Below, piece after piece: positions 1-12,500 of a stretch of 64,000 bases of DNA. The stretch's first letter is position 1, and each line of letters begins with the position of its first letter. A model generated the notes under the pieces. The model ran no database searches. It was not told the origin of the DNA and worked only from the letters and a program-made list of their open reading frames with translations. This DNA is from Macrostomum lignano (lineage: Eukaryota): NCBI GenBank assembly GCA_002269645.1, contig NIVC01000511.1, positions 1 to 64,000 on the forward strand, in the 5' to 3' direction. A program made the translations under genes and the position numbers.

Positions 1-621
1 CTGGGGTGACGGCAATTGACGGAAATGGCCCGAATGCGCGATTTTTTTAGGGTGGCTTGAATTTATGTGTAGCTAATGGGCCTGATTTTTCCTCACTAAT
101 CTCTTCACTAATCTTATTCTCTATTGACGAAGTCGTGAGGAAGACAGCCTTGCAGCCTTGGATTGCTGACCATCAGGGCACTTGTTGTATCACAATCGTG
201 TCTGGTGGCTAAAGGTTGGGCTGCTGCCAGTCTGTAGGTCTCACCAGACTCAAAGAATTTGTGCGCCAGTGCCTATGCTGTATGCCGCTGGCAGCTGGAG
301 GAGGAAAGATTATAATAACGTAAGAAAAGGGAGAAGCTGGAGAAGAGTCACGTCAGATATCCAAAATGAAAGTAGAGCCAGCAAGAAATACACCGACTTG
401 GAGAAGTTGGTTCAGTAGACGCCGAGCAGATTAGGGAGAAGCTGAAGCAGAGCAACTGTTGTTGGAGACGACAAAGGCCAAGGAAGCAAAAAAGTGCGGC
501 CCGAAAAAACGGCTACCCCTCCCTCCACAACTGATCGGGAGCTTTTTTGTGCGTATTTTTATTATTAATTCTCATTCTTATACCATGCACTCGTTATCGA
601 TCATCGTTTCCATCTTGTCAG

Positions 622-2057
622 GGAGTCCTTTACCACGCTCGCAATCTGGATTTCGGGCTCTTCTTTGGCTGGACAAAGCCAAAAAGACTTGGCTCGTCAC
701 CGAGTACCTTCGGCCAACCATTGTGAACATCCGGTTCAAGAAGTCCGGCCAGACGGTGTTCATGTCCACCCACTTTGCCGGCTATGTTGGCATTCTGACC
801 GCCCTGAAGCCGGGCAGGTTCAGCCTCACCGTGAATTCTCGAAATAGTCTCGATGGCAGCTCGACTCTCGGCATCATCGAATGGATTCTGGGCAAGAGGG
901 ACGCCGTCTGGATGGGCTTCCTAACTCGCAGAGTCATGGAGACGGCCGACAGCTACGCCCAGGCCAAGCAGATGCTGACGGGCACCAAGATGCTGGCACC
1001 GGCCTACTTCATCTTGGGTGGCAACAGCACTATGCAGGTTCGTGAGTTACTAAAATTAGAATAATCGAAAGAGTATCCGATTTTATTAGTGACTTTATTG
1101 TCAGATAAGTCTAGCTAGGCTTCCAAGGGCTCTATGCACTGCTAGGTTGACTCAGCTGCAGAGGGGGGGGGGTCCGAGCATCCGGATACAACAGGGAAAG
1201 GCCGAAAGCCCCGGATACACCCCGGCAAGCACAGGCAGCTGGTGTTGCCGTGTCCGCAGCGCGGTCCCCCTCCGGGGAGTCCAGGAGGTGGATGGTCACT
1301 CGCCCGGTAGCTTTTAAGTAGCGGACGAGTTGGCAGAAATTCTCGGGCCTGAAAACGTCGAAGAGGTCCGAGTTTGTGCCGAGGTAGATGAGCCTGTCCT
1401 GGGTAAAGACGGGGCATTCGCAGGTGAAGTGCTCCGCATTCTCAACACCTAAGAGGCAGAATGGACATTCTTCACTGCGGATTTTCCCCTGCAGGTGACG
1501 ATGACTTGCAAAACAGCCATGACCCGGGAGGGCCATGGTCACCGCCCTAGTGTCGCTGCGGCTTTACATAGGTTAGATAGAACTTTATAATTGCTCACAC
1601 AACCCTGCGGATTAGATCGAGTCTAAGAATTCTGAAGTCTAAACTTTAGATTTTAAGTCTCGAGATTACACTGTCCGACAAGCCAAATCTACTACCAATC
1701 AAATGATTCTAATCTCCTCCCGGCTGCACTGGCGCAGGGCTGCGTCATCACCCGGTCCCGAGATGCCGCCATCGACGTGTGGGAGCGCTCGGCGGCCGCC
1801 AACCACACCTGGTACCTGCTGCAGACCAACTACGATCACTGGAAGCCGCCGTTTGTGCTTGACGACAGGCGAACCCCGGCAACAAGTGCATGATGGCCAA
1901 GGGTCAGGCTAGCATGGGGTTCAAGGAGATCTTCAATGTGCTGAGCTCGATTCCTGTGCTCAACAAGCTCACAACTTACACGGCTCTGATGCGGGTGGAC
2001 ACGGGAGAGTATCACAGCTACCGCCAGACCTGCAAGGACCCGTGTCCGATTTGGTAG
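622..2057 (+). CDS. ASAH1: Acid ceramidase paralog, partial (exons 622-1037 and 1738-2057; first exon not in window); two 1-nt frameshifts
   Basis: Encodes [12 protein letters not shown]...[19 protein letters not shown]...APAYFILGG and GCVITRSR...[18 protein letters not shown]...VLNKLTTYT...[12 protein letters not shown] splice sites are at the same phases as the full copy at 9586-12876. Frameshifts are ggg>gg (~670) and ccccc>cccc (~1875) relative to that copy, so this is either a pseudogene or an assembly error. Confidence 0.85.
1160..1560 (-). mobile_element. 5'-truncated non-LTR retrotransposon (LINE) 3' end in the ASAH1 paralog intron
   Basis: Minus ORF 1132-1542 has the C-terminal Cys/His motif of R1/I/Loa-type ORF2: GHGCF..H...G..RSEECPFC...[11 protein letters not shown]....R..YLG. 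Boundaries approximate; no clear TSD. Confidence 0.65.
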
Positions 2058-2335
2058 ATTGGCATTAAACTGACTCAATTTGTGCTTGTTTTATAAAGCA
2101 GATTTTAACTGCTTTGGTGCGTGGCTTTCAATTTTGTTTTTTTAAATTCCATTTTCACTAACTTCCTGCATTCAGAGTTTTTTAATACACTTTTACAATA
2201 TTTTTTATCTTCCGCAATAGTCAGTTGTCTTTGATCGGTTTTAAAAAATATAATATTTTGTAAGCTCAATTGAAGCTTTGCTTGGCACTATAATAAACTA
2301 ATTTGTTGTTCCTGATTTTTGAATACTTGGAAGCT

Positions 2336-3177
2336 GATTCAAAGACTTAGGGAGCGGAGAGGCAGATTCAAGGACTGAGGGAGCGGAGAGGCAGATTCAA
2401 GGACTGAGGGAGCGGAGAGGCAGATTCAAGGACTGAGGGAGCGGAGAGGCAGATTCAAGGACTGAGGGAGCGGAGAGGCAGATTCAAGGACTGAGGGAGC
2501 GGAGAGGCAGATTCAAGGACTGAGGGAGCGGAGAGGCAGATTCAAGGACTGAGGGAGCGGAGAGGCAGATTCAAGGACTGAGGGAGCGGAGATGCAGATT
2601 CAAGGACTGAGGGAGCGGAGATGCAGATTCAAGGACTGAGGGAGCGGAGAGGCAGATTCAAGGACTGAGGGAGCGGAGAGGCAGATTCAAGGACTGAGGG
2701 AGCGGAGAGGCAGATTCAAAGACTGAGGGAGCGGAGAGGCAGATTCAAGGACTGAGGGAGCGGAGAGGCAGATTCAAGGACTGAGGGAGCGGAGAGGCAG
2801 ATTCAAGGACTGAGGGAGCGGAGAGGCAGATTCAAAGACTGAGGGAGCGGAGAGGCAGATTCAAGGACTGAGGGAGCGGAGAGGCAGATTCAAAGACTGA
2901 GGGAGCGGAGAGGCAGATTCAAGGACTGAGGGAGCGGAGAGGCAGATTCAAAGACTGAGGGAGCGGAGAGGCAGATTCAAAGACTGAGGGAGCGGAGAGG
3001 CAGATTCAAGGACTGAGGGAGCGGAGAGGCAGATTCAAGGACTGAGGGAGCGGAGAGGCAGATTCAAGGACTGAGGGAGCGGAGGGAACTGGGGAAGTAG
3101 CGGGAGCGGAGAGGCAGCGGAGAGAACTGGGGAAGTAGCGGGAGCGGAGAGGCAGCGGAGGGAACTGGGGAAGTAGC
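2336..3177. repeat. 29-bp minisatellite (GATTCAAGGACTGAGGGAGCGGAGAGGCA), ~26 copies, then a related ~39-bp unit
   Basis: Directly visible tandem array. Confidence 0.95.
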
Positions 3178-3297
3178 CAGACTTGAGGAGGAATTTAGAC
3201 GAAATAACAACTAGTGAATGCTTGTGCTAAATTATTAAATCTATTATTTCCCGATTGCAGCTCATTGATTTGTCCACTGATTGCATTGCCAACAAGC

Positions 3298-4811
3298 ATG
3301 AAGCTGACGCCCGAGCTTATACAGAACTCGGTGCAGACCACTAATCCTCTGGGTGACCGCGAACTGGATCTGCGAGGATACAAGGTGGCTTTGTTAGAGA
3401 ATCTCAGCGCTACTCTGGACCAGTTTGATACCATCGACCTCACAGATAATGAGGTATATATAATGCTTCCATTGCAACACTATCATTGATGTACTCTCAG
3501 CTTGATGCATCACTCTCTGTTCGTTGTTTCGCCTAGCTGATATGCATGTACTCTCCAATCTCACTTTCTCTTCCTCTTAACAAACTACCGGAACGAAGAG
3601 GCAGACTCTTCCTCTAACAAACTGCCATTCTTACTCTAACAAACTGCTACTCTTTGCCTAACAAACTGCTACTCTTTCCCTAACAAACTGCCATTCTTCC
3701 TTAAACAAACTGCTATTCTTTCCCTAACAAACTGCCATTCTTCCTCAAACAAACTGCCATTCTTTCCCTAACAAACTGCCATTCTTTCCCTAACAACTGT
3801 CATTCTTCCTTCAACAAACTGCCATTCTTTCTCTAACAAACTGCCATTCTTCCTTCAACAAACTGCCATTCTTCTAACAAACTGCCATTCTTCCTCTAAC
3901 AAACTGTCATTCTTCCCCTAACAAACTGTCATTCTTCCTTCAACAAACTGTCATTCTTCCCTAACAAACTGCCATTCTTCCTTCAACAAACTGCCATTCT
4001 TCCTTCAACAAACTGCCATTCTTCCTCTAACAAACTGTCATTCTTCCTTCAACAAACTGCCATTCTTCTTCTAACAAACTGCCATTCTTCCCCTAACAAA
4101 CTGCCATTCTTCCCCTAACAAACTGCCATTCTTCCCCTAACAAACTGCCATTCTTACTGCCCTATCAAACGCATTCTTCCCACGAATCGGCAGATCCGCA
4201 AGCTGGACGGCTTCCCCCACCTGCCCCGGCTGGCAAACCTGATGCTGAACAATAACAAGGTGATGCGCATTGGCGACGGCCTTTCAAGCAGCCTGCCGCG
4301 CCTGTCGACCCTCCTGCTGACCAACAACTGCCTGCAGGAGCTGGCGGACTTGGAGCCCCTGACCGCCCTGAAGCGGCTGCGCTTCCTGTCCCTGCTGAAG
4401 AACCCCGTCTGCAGCCGGCGCAACTACCGCCTACACGTGGTGCACAAGCTGCCCAGTCTGCGCTTCCTCGACTTTCGACGCATCACCGACGCCGAACGTC
4501 GACAAGCGGCCGCGCTGTTTACCTCCGGTGGCGTCGGGGATGTCGCCGATAAATCGGCGGCGAGCTTGAAGTCCAAGCCTGCCAAGACTTTCACGCCCGG
4601 AGCGCCAGTGCCGGCGGCTGCTGCCGCTGCGTCGGCGCCTGTCTCGGCAGCCGGCGGCCCGACTTCCGCTGACCTGCTGGCTGTGCGCGAGGCGATCCGG
4701 CGGGCAAACACCCTGGACGAGGTGGACCGGCTCAACCGGCTGCTCACTACAGGAAACTATGCCGGCTTTGCTAAGACTGGCGGCGGAGGCGGCGGAGAGA
4801 AGCAGGCCTGA
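3298..4811 (+). CDS. SNRPA1: U2 small nuclear ribonucleoprotein A' (exons 3298-3453, 4194-4811; 257 aa)
   Basis: MKLTPELIQNS..TNPLGDRELDLRGYK...DQFDTIDLTDNE|IRKLDGFPHLPRL..L.LNNNK...LTNN.LQELADLEPL...LSLLKNPV....NYRL.V.HKLP.LR.LDF and C-terminal IRRANTLDEVDRLNRLL. Phase-0 GT-AG intron joins the exons in frame. Confidence 0.95.
3575..4158. repeat. ~21-22-bp minisatellite (AACAAACTGCCATTCTTCCCT) in the SNRPA1 intron
   Basis: Tandem array ending ~35 bp before the acceptor. Confidence 0.95.
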
Positions 4812-4934
4812 CTGTCTGTTGTTATTGCATTGCTCTGTCTGCCGTGACGCGTTCTGTACTCTGCTTTTCTATTAATCAATTGTTTTCATTCATTGGCCTC
4901 ATCAGCATGTTTAATTAGGTGCTCCATGGATGGC

Positions 4935-5220
4935 TCCTTGCCCTCACTGAAGCCATGGATGGGTCCTTTAATTAGTCAGCCATTCCCCCTCACTGAAGCC
5001 ATGGATGGGTCCTTTAATTGGTCAGCCATTCCCCCTCACTGAAGCCATGGATGGGTCCTTTAATTGGTCAGCCATTCCCCTCACTGAAGCCATGGATGGG
5101 TCCTTTAATTGGTCAGCCATTCCCCCTCACTGAAGCCATGGATGGGTCCTTTAATTGGTCAGCCATTCCCCCTCACTGAAGCCATGGATGGGTCCTTTAA
5201 TTGGTCAGTCATTCCCCTTC
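4935..5220. repeat. 46-bp tandem repeat (CATTCCCCCTCACTGAAGCCATGGATGGGTCCTTTAATTGGTCAGC), ~6 copies
   Basis: Visible array downstream of the SNRPA1 stop. Confidence 0.9.
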
Positions 5221-5626
5221 CTGAAGAAATGGAGGTGGTCCCTTGGTCGGCCATTGTGAAAGAATTGGGATTGGGATATTGGCGAAGTGCGGTTTTTATT
5301 AGGCAAAATAAATTTTATACTATGCTGCACAAAAACACGCATTCATTCATTTCCTACCTACCGTTTAATACTGTGGATGACGCATTTCCTTCGTGTCGGT
5401 GGGCTCTTGAAAGAGTCGAAGCGATTTGTGTTTTTTTCCAGTTTGATCACATTGGCTTTGTTTGACTTGTTCCTTTTTTCTTAAATTAGTATCTTATTCT
5501 TGGTTAAACTCATCGTAACAATTAGGTAATTAGCTTAATGAATGTCCTAAATAGGACTTTACGCATCTGAATTTCGAATGTCAATTTTGTTGTTAGATAA
5601 AAAAATATTTTTCATTTTTCAACTTA

Positions 5627-5960
5627 GGGCGGCCGTAGCCCAGTGGTCCAGCGCGGCGCTCTGGTGTGCCAGCGGCCCAGGCTCGATTCCCAGTGCAGTC
5701 ACATTAATTTGGGGCTAAATTGGAATCTCGGCTTGGCTCTGCTCGTGCAATTAACGGCCTTGAGAGCAAACCCCCAAGGCGCAGTGAAGTGTACATGCCT
5801 AACGAATAAAGTTAGGGCCGCTGTACACTCCTGTGTGAGTGTGTGCCTGCGTACGTATCCGCGCGCTTGTGTGCCTGCTCAGGGAGTCGGCGGAATGGGC
5901 AGTAATGCCTCTCGCCGGTTGTGTGACAATGTCGCTTAAATGCACACAGACCCTGTCTCT
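5627..5960 (+). mobile_element. Probable tRNA-derived SINE
   Basis: Head with A-box (TAGCCCAGTGG) and B-box-like GGCTCGATTCC at tRNA spacing, no intact cloverleaf, ~250-bp body, AT-rich end. 3' boundary uncertain. Confidence 0.5.
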
Positions 5961-6232
5961 ATTAATAAATGCTTCAATTTAACCTTGAAAGAATTAGGAT
6001 ACTAATGTTTTTTATTTAAGAACACAAAGTTACAGATTAGAGAAAGAAAGAAATTGTAACAAATCTTCAAAGTATCAATCATAGGATATCTATATAAATA
6101 ACTTATTACAGATTATTAAAAACTAAAATTTTCAGCCAACGTTGAGCCCGTTGTCAGGGGACAATTAGAAACTTCAAAGAATCCACTGAACTGAAATTTC
6201 CCGACTAACGAAAGCATCGATAAAAAGTAGGC

Positions 6233-7180
6233 ATGGCATCCGGTGTATCAGTTGATCCTCAGGTTGAAGAGCACTTCAAAGCCATCAAGATCGGGCACAG
6301 GTATCGCTACATTGTGTTTCACATAGTCAACGATTCCACCATCACCACGGAGCGCATTGTTGAGGAGAGCAGCTACGAAGATTTCGTTGATTCCTTGCCT
6401 AGAAACGATTGTCGCTACATTATTTACGATTACGCCTACACGCTGGAGGATGGCGGTAAGCGGGAGAAGCTGCTGTTTATTCACTGGGCACCGGATGTGT
6501 GCAAAATTCGCTGCAAAATGATCTACGCCTCATCCAAGGTTTGTAGTGCTAAGCTCTTAAGCTTCTTGATTTATACTTTAAAACACTTATGCTTAGCAAA
6601 TATCAGTTTTGTTCTTAATAAATTGATCCGGTTGGTTGCTATGGTGATTGGTCGTGGTTGCTGTGGTGATTAGTGATTGTTGCTATGGTGGTTCGTCATG
6701 GTTGCTATGGTGATTGGTCATGGTTGCTATGGTGATTGGTCATGGTTGCTATGGTAATTGGTCGTTGCTGTTATAGTGATTGGTAATGGTTGCTATGGTG
6801 ATCGGTCATGGCTGCTATGGTGATTCGTCATGGTTGCTATGGTGATTCGTCATGGTTGCTATGGTGATTAGTCATGGTTGCTATCGCAATTGGTCCTTGT
6901 ATCTATGGTCATTAGGCCCGGTAGCAAGTATATTAGGAAATATTACGCTATTTAGATTGAAGCAAAGTATCGTAGAACAATCCAAGTGGTAAGTCAATGT
7001 GGGTTGCTATGGTATATTTTTTCAAACGAAGCTTAACAATCGCATGATTATAATTTTCAGGACGCCATCAAGCACAAGCTGCGCGGCGTGGTGGAGATTC
7101 AGGCCAACGATATCAGTGAAGTGGCCGAGGACTGCATCCGCGATCGGCTGAAGGCCGCCGGAGCCTCCGGCGACAAGTGA
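6233..7180 (+). CDS. ADF/cofilin family actin-depolymerising factor (exons 6233-6538, 7061-7180; 141 aa)
   Basis: MASGVSVD...RYIVFHI...SYEDFVDSLPRNDCRYIIYDY.Y......REKLLFIHWAPD...IRCKMIYASSK|DAIKHKLRG...EIQAND. Canonical splice sites, in frame. Confidence 0.95.
6630..6890. repeat. 22-bp minisatellite (GGTTGCTATGGTGATTGGTCAT) in the cofilin intron
   Basis: Visible degenerate array. Confidence 0.9.
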
Positions 7181-8461
7181 AACCTGTTGGTTGATTTATT
7201 GACAAATCTATTGCAGAATGAAAGGATAGAATTAACTGGTTGGCATGCAGTTGTGCACCTACGGATAAGGGGCTTACCTTTATTTGGACTCTTCTATACA
7301 GTTGATTTCTTGTATTGAAAGCGATACTTTATTTCTTGCTTGTCAAATATTTTCCAACACTAAAAACCAAGATAGAGTGAAGCATATCGAGTACATTGCG
7401 CTACTACGCATTGCATGCCTTCTCAAAAGCTTTCCGAGTACTCCCATTGTCCCAGATACGAGTGCACACTCGAAATTTTTTGCTTGATGATAATTAGATA
7501 CACCCTGCTGCATGGCTTCCTACTTACTTTTTGAAGTGACAGTGGACAGTAGTAGTATAGTTAGTACTTGCTGTGCTAAATTTATTTTATTCTCCTCACC
7601 TCTCACAGTAAGGCATCTATTTGCATCAATTTTTTTACAGTCCTTTTCTATTCGACTATTCAGCAGTATTTTTTCAGCCCTTTTTAGTGTTGCTATTTTA
7701 TCACTTTCAATTTCTAGTCGTTTTTTTGTTTTATTTTCCCCGCCCACCTACCTGCCGTCTTTGAAGTGCTAATGCTCGCTAATAACCTGGCTAAAATAGT
7801 ACACGCCTTTGATTTACCTAATTCTACTCAAGCATCGAGTATCTGTCATGTTTCTGTTTGATTACTGAAATTTATTAATTAGTGAGCATAGAGGAGGCAA
7901 TTAAATTTGGTTTGCCTTTTTTACAGTGGCGCTGCGCCAGTCGGCAGTTGAGTAGAGCTCATATGAGTAGCTGCTTTACTGACGGATGTGCAATACACCC
8001 TATCTGAAGCGTTTGATTTTTGCCTTTTTCATTTCAACCGTTTTAGAGGCTTTAGAGGCCAGTATCCATAGTCTAGTGGTCTTGGTCTAGCTTATTAATC
8101 TGGCGCCATTTAGGGACTTGTCTGGCTACCGCGTCGGGAAACGAACCCGCTTCCACCCAAAAAGCTTAGTTCCCAGTTCTCATACTAGAAGTGTGCAGGT
8201 ACAGGTAACAGTAATAAGAAGACCGTATTTGGTATAGTTGGCATACTTAGTATATTGTAATGACTAGCACACTCGGCCCCCTTTTGGGACTTAAATGAAG
8301 TTTTAAAAGTATAAGCAACATTTCATCACAGTTTTACACAAGTGCTGTGTTAATTGCATACATAAATTCGCATGATTCACAGTTAACCAATGGCCCTGAT
8401 ACGCTTAGACATCAAGGCAGACAATTAAACGGCCTGTTGCGCATTTTTTCGTCACTTTGTA

Positions 8462-8750
8462 CATCGGCTGTCCGGAAAGTCGTGAGATTGTATTTAAAAA
8501 AAACCAGTCAGAACTATCAGAAAACACGATAACAGCACTAGTTGGTAATGTAATCTCCCCTTGCGTTGATTACAGCTTGGCAATGGTCAACGAGTCGCTG
8601 AACCTCTCTTTTCAAGCAATCTTCGTCAAGGCCTCTTGCCCATTGCAATGCAGCTTCTCGAACTTCATTGTGGTCGCTGAACACTCGCCTGGAGAAATCC
8701 ATCGTAGAGAAGTACATCAGTAGTGCAATTTGATGGCACTTCAGACGAGC
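8462..8750 (-). mobile_element. Degraded Tc1/mariner-family 3' end
   Basis: Minus strand reads RVFSDHNEVREAALQWARGLDEDCLKREVQRLVDHCQAVINARGDYITN*, resembling the mariner transposase C-terminus. TIR-like TA-CATCGGCTGTCCGGAAAGTC near 8460. Confidence 0.45.
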
Positions 8751-9585
8751 TACTACTACTAATTAAGACGCTAAAACAAGTTTACGTGTACTAAGTAAAC
8801 CTATACTAAATTACTCTACTCTAATTTTTATCAAATGAACGGGGTATTTTTAAGTTCATTATGTGCTTACAAGTAAAATAATTTACATGTATATTAGAAC
8901 GGTGCTACTAAAATGTTCGAATTCGCACCAGATTTCTCATTGACTTTGCTTGTCTTACAATGCTCTCAAAAACCTGTTTAATAAGAACAACGTCGGTGAA
9001 ATTTGAGCAAGAAGAGAGCAATTGCTCATTTCCAATAGTGCATATGCTCCGGAACACAGTTTTGTGACCTCTAAAACAGACGCGGTGGCTGACAGGCGTG
9101 TCATGTGCTTTCATGCAGCTTACTTTGAAAACCTAGATGTACATCAATTGGCCTAAATAATCAGTCCATACTTTGTGTACGACGGTCAGATGTGAAAGTT
9201 CGTGCTTCATGGACGGATTATCATCTGTTTTAGTTGGGCGTACGCGCTCATTATCGAAAGTGATAGCATCACCTGGCAGAGATGAAAGCAGCCTATGGGC
9301 CTTGCCAATCATAAGTTTATTTATGTTATAATAGTTCACATATAGGGTCCATAATAATGCCTTATCAACTGCAATTTGCGTCATATTTCAAAGTGACTTT
9401 CTCTCTTACCGTGTGCGTGCCTGGTGCAGTTGATTTTATCTCTCTAGCTTTATCAAGTAAGTGGCCGCACCCAGTATAGCGAACTTGTCTTTTATAGTTG
9501 TGGCATAAAACTGACCCAACCCACCAGAGAGCCCGGGTGCAAACTTAGGTTTGGCGTACTGTTTCTATCTCAGAGTTTCGCAGCC

Positions 9586-12500
9586 ATGACTTGTCAAAGC
9601 CGCCTCATGCCACTGCTGCTGCTGCTGCTGCTGGCTTGTCTGGCAGCAAACAGCCAGGCTCAGATTCCGACTCAGTGCCGGTCGGACGCCTACCCGCCGC
9701 CTGCCGATTCCGAGGTCGATTGGGTTGATGTCGACCTCGACGAGGCTCCCCTCACCCGCTGGCGAAACGTGGTGGCCCACCGCGGGCCCCAGCTGCGCGC
9801 CCTCATCGCCCAGTTCAGGATCTTCGTGCGCAACATGACCGGCTCCGAACTGCTCATCAATCTGGTGGACAAAGACCTGACGCCGCTGGCGCACACTCTG
9901 CCGCAGCCTTTCCGCGACGAGATTGTCGGCATCGCCAATATGACCGGCATTCCGCTGGGCGAGGTCACTCTCTACAACATCTTCTACGAGATCTTCACCG
10001 TGTGCACTTCTATCGTGGCTGAGGATCAGAAAGTGAGCACATTTCTGCTTTCTTACCAGTTTCTGGGGAAGGGGTTTTAGAGCTTTTCATGATCGGTGCC
10101 AAAATTTTCAAGCTCCCAAGCTAGCACCTCTGATGGGACTTGTAGTTAACTAGCGTTGATATGCATGTAATATATATGTGCTTCAAAAGATACTTTTATC
10201 AAATGTTTTAAATGGGTTTCCCTCCAGCTAGGGGGGCAGGTGAGGAGGCAAGCTAGGAAGCTGAGGCGAGGAGGCAAAGGGGAGGTGAGGCGAGGCGAGA
10301 CAAGGTTGAGCTTCATTCCCACTGAGTGCTCACAGACATTTTAATGATCACTCAGTGCATTTTGAAACACTCGGACCATCAGGGAGTCCTTTACCACGCT
10401 CGCAATCTGGACTTCGGCCTGTTCCTCGGCTGGGACCTCGCCAACAGCACCTGGCTCATCACCGAGTACCTCCGTCCGGCCATTGTGAACATCCGGTTCA
10501 AGAAGTCCGGCCAGACGGTGTTCATGTCGACCAACTTTGCCGGCTATGTTGGCATTCTGACCGCCTTGAAGCCGGGCAGGTTCAGCCTCACCATGAACGA
10601 GAGATTCAACGCTGACGGCGGCTACATCGGCGTTATCGAATGGATTCTGGGCAAGCGGGACGCCGTCTGGATGGGCTTCCTGACTCGCAGCGTCATGGAG
10701 ACGGCCGACAGCTACGCCCAGGCCAAGCAGATGCTGACGAGCACCAAGATGCTGGCACCGGCCTACTTCATCTTGGGTGGCAACAGCACTATGCAGGTTT
10801 GGAAATTAATTGTTCAAATGGTTGCCACAATCTATCCTGTATCTTGATATGGGTTCGAGGCTGCTGTATCCGTTTATTTAAATTCGCCTTTTTGAATAAG
10901 CAGTTTATGAAAGAATGATAAACGTACCGCACAGGTTGGCAATGGCAACGATGTATCTCGCAAGCTATTACATTTGACAGCAAAGCTCCATGGGCAATTT
11001 GGTTGGTATAACTTTTGTCGCGCCATGTGGAACAGTGGGCATGCAACACGGAATGACCCATTAGAGTTCTATGCCCAAGCGTTTGAATTAACTCGAGAAA
11101 GTAAGCCATGATAACTCAGTTTGTCACGCAATATGGAACGATGAGACAGAATAGAAGAGGATCAGTTTGAGTTTTATTTACAGAAAAAATAGAAACTGGC
11201 ATTCAATAAAGCATATTTTGAGTCACAAATCGAAAGCATCAAAATTTACGAAAGGTCAACTTTTTAAACAGATGTCGCTGCAAACACGGTTCAAACAATC
11301 TGTTGCAGCGCAACTCCCAGCCAGCGCACTTGTCAACAGCCTCTCGCTCGAGTAACATCAATCCCCACTGGGCATGTGTCACTCCCTCAAGATTCTTGCT
11401 GAAGTTCTGTTCCAATGGTTTTCTGGGATCTTCGTACCCTACGGTGGAAATTTGTGCCATCCATAAAAAACCCTGTTTCCGTTAGGGTCCAGATGATAGC
11501 AGCAGTCTGCTAAGTGGCAGCTTCCAAACCTGCCGGCTTGTTTCAATGTTGACCGAACGCGGTGAACAGAATAATTGGATACTCTTAAAAACACTGATAC
11601 CCTTCATCAACAGCCCGCGTGGTGCAAGGCGGTGACGATACGCTGACGATCGCGTACTGAAATTTCTGGACCCATTAGAGCTTAAATCGATTAACCGATA
11701 GAAAATGAAAGCATCCTGTTGTCTCTGTGAAAAGCTCAAACCGTTCTTTATATGTATATGGCTTTCTTTCTCGAGTTAATTCAAACGCTTGGCCATAGAA
11801 CTCCAGTGGACCAATCCGTTTTGCATGCCCAAGTTGAGAACTAACAAAGCTGATGATGAAATACGGAAGCACCTTTAGCAGCTTATGCAAGTGAATCCCT
11901 TTGCAAATTAAAAACAGATTTGTGCTGATGTCTATGGCCGAATTATCAACTTGCTTGTCTTTTTTCCGCCTATGTCTATGCCTTAACTGTTAACTTGGCT
12001 GACACAAGCAATATTGCTTTTGTCAGCCTAACTGAGAATAAAGCCATCCAAAGTGAGAATCCTGCCTACGCTGACTGCGAAGGGCCTGGCTGCGTGCAGC
12101 CTTAGTCTATGGGCCATAGACAATAAAGGACAAGCAAAGTGATAAAAAGCCATCCAATATGAGAATCGATTGGTCTATGCGTCGTATTCTTTTATTTTTA
12201 TACCTTCTGAGCCATATGACTAGCCAATAGCTTGAACGGAATAACGGAAACAGGAACACACTGGATGATGTCTTTTTAAAACTTTGCTTGTCCTTTATAG
12301 TCTATGGCTCATAGACTAGGCTGGACGCAGCCCGGCCCTTCGTATTCAGCGTAGGCAGGATTCTCACATTGGATGGCTTTTTATCACTTTGCTTATCCTT
12401 TATAGTCTATGGCCCATAGACTAAGGCTGCACGCAGCCCGGCCCTTCGCAGTCAGCGTAGGCAGGATTCTCACTTTGGATGGCTTTGTTCTCAGTTAGGC

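Noticed and set aside
1170-1230. Hammerhead or HDV ribozyme in the LINE 3' region
   Set aside because: GAAA hairpin present but no CUGANGA core or HDV nested pseudoknot found on either strand.
8115-8190. B-box-like GGGTTCGTTTCCC on the minus strand
   Set aside because: No convincing A-box or cloverleaf; at most a decayed SINE.
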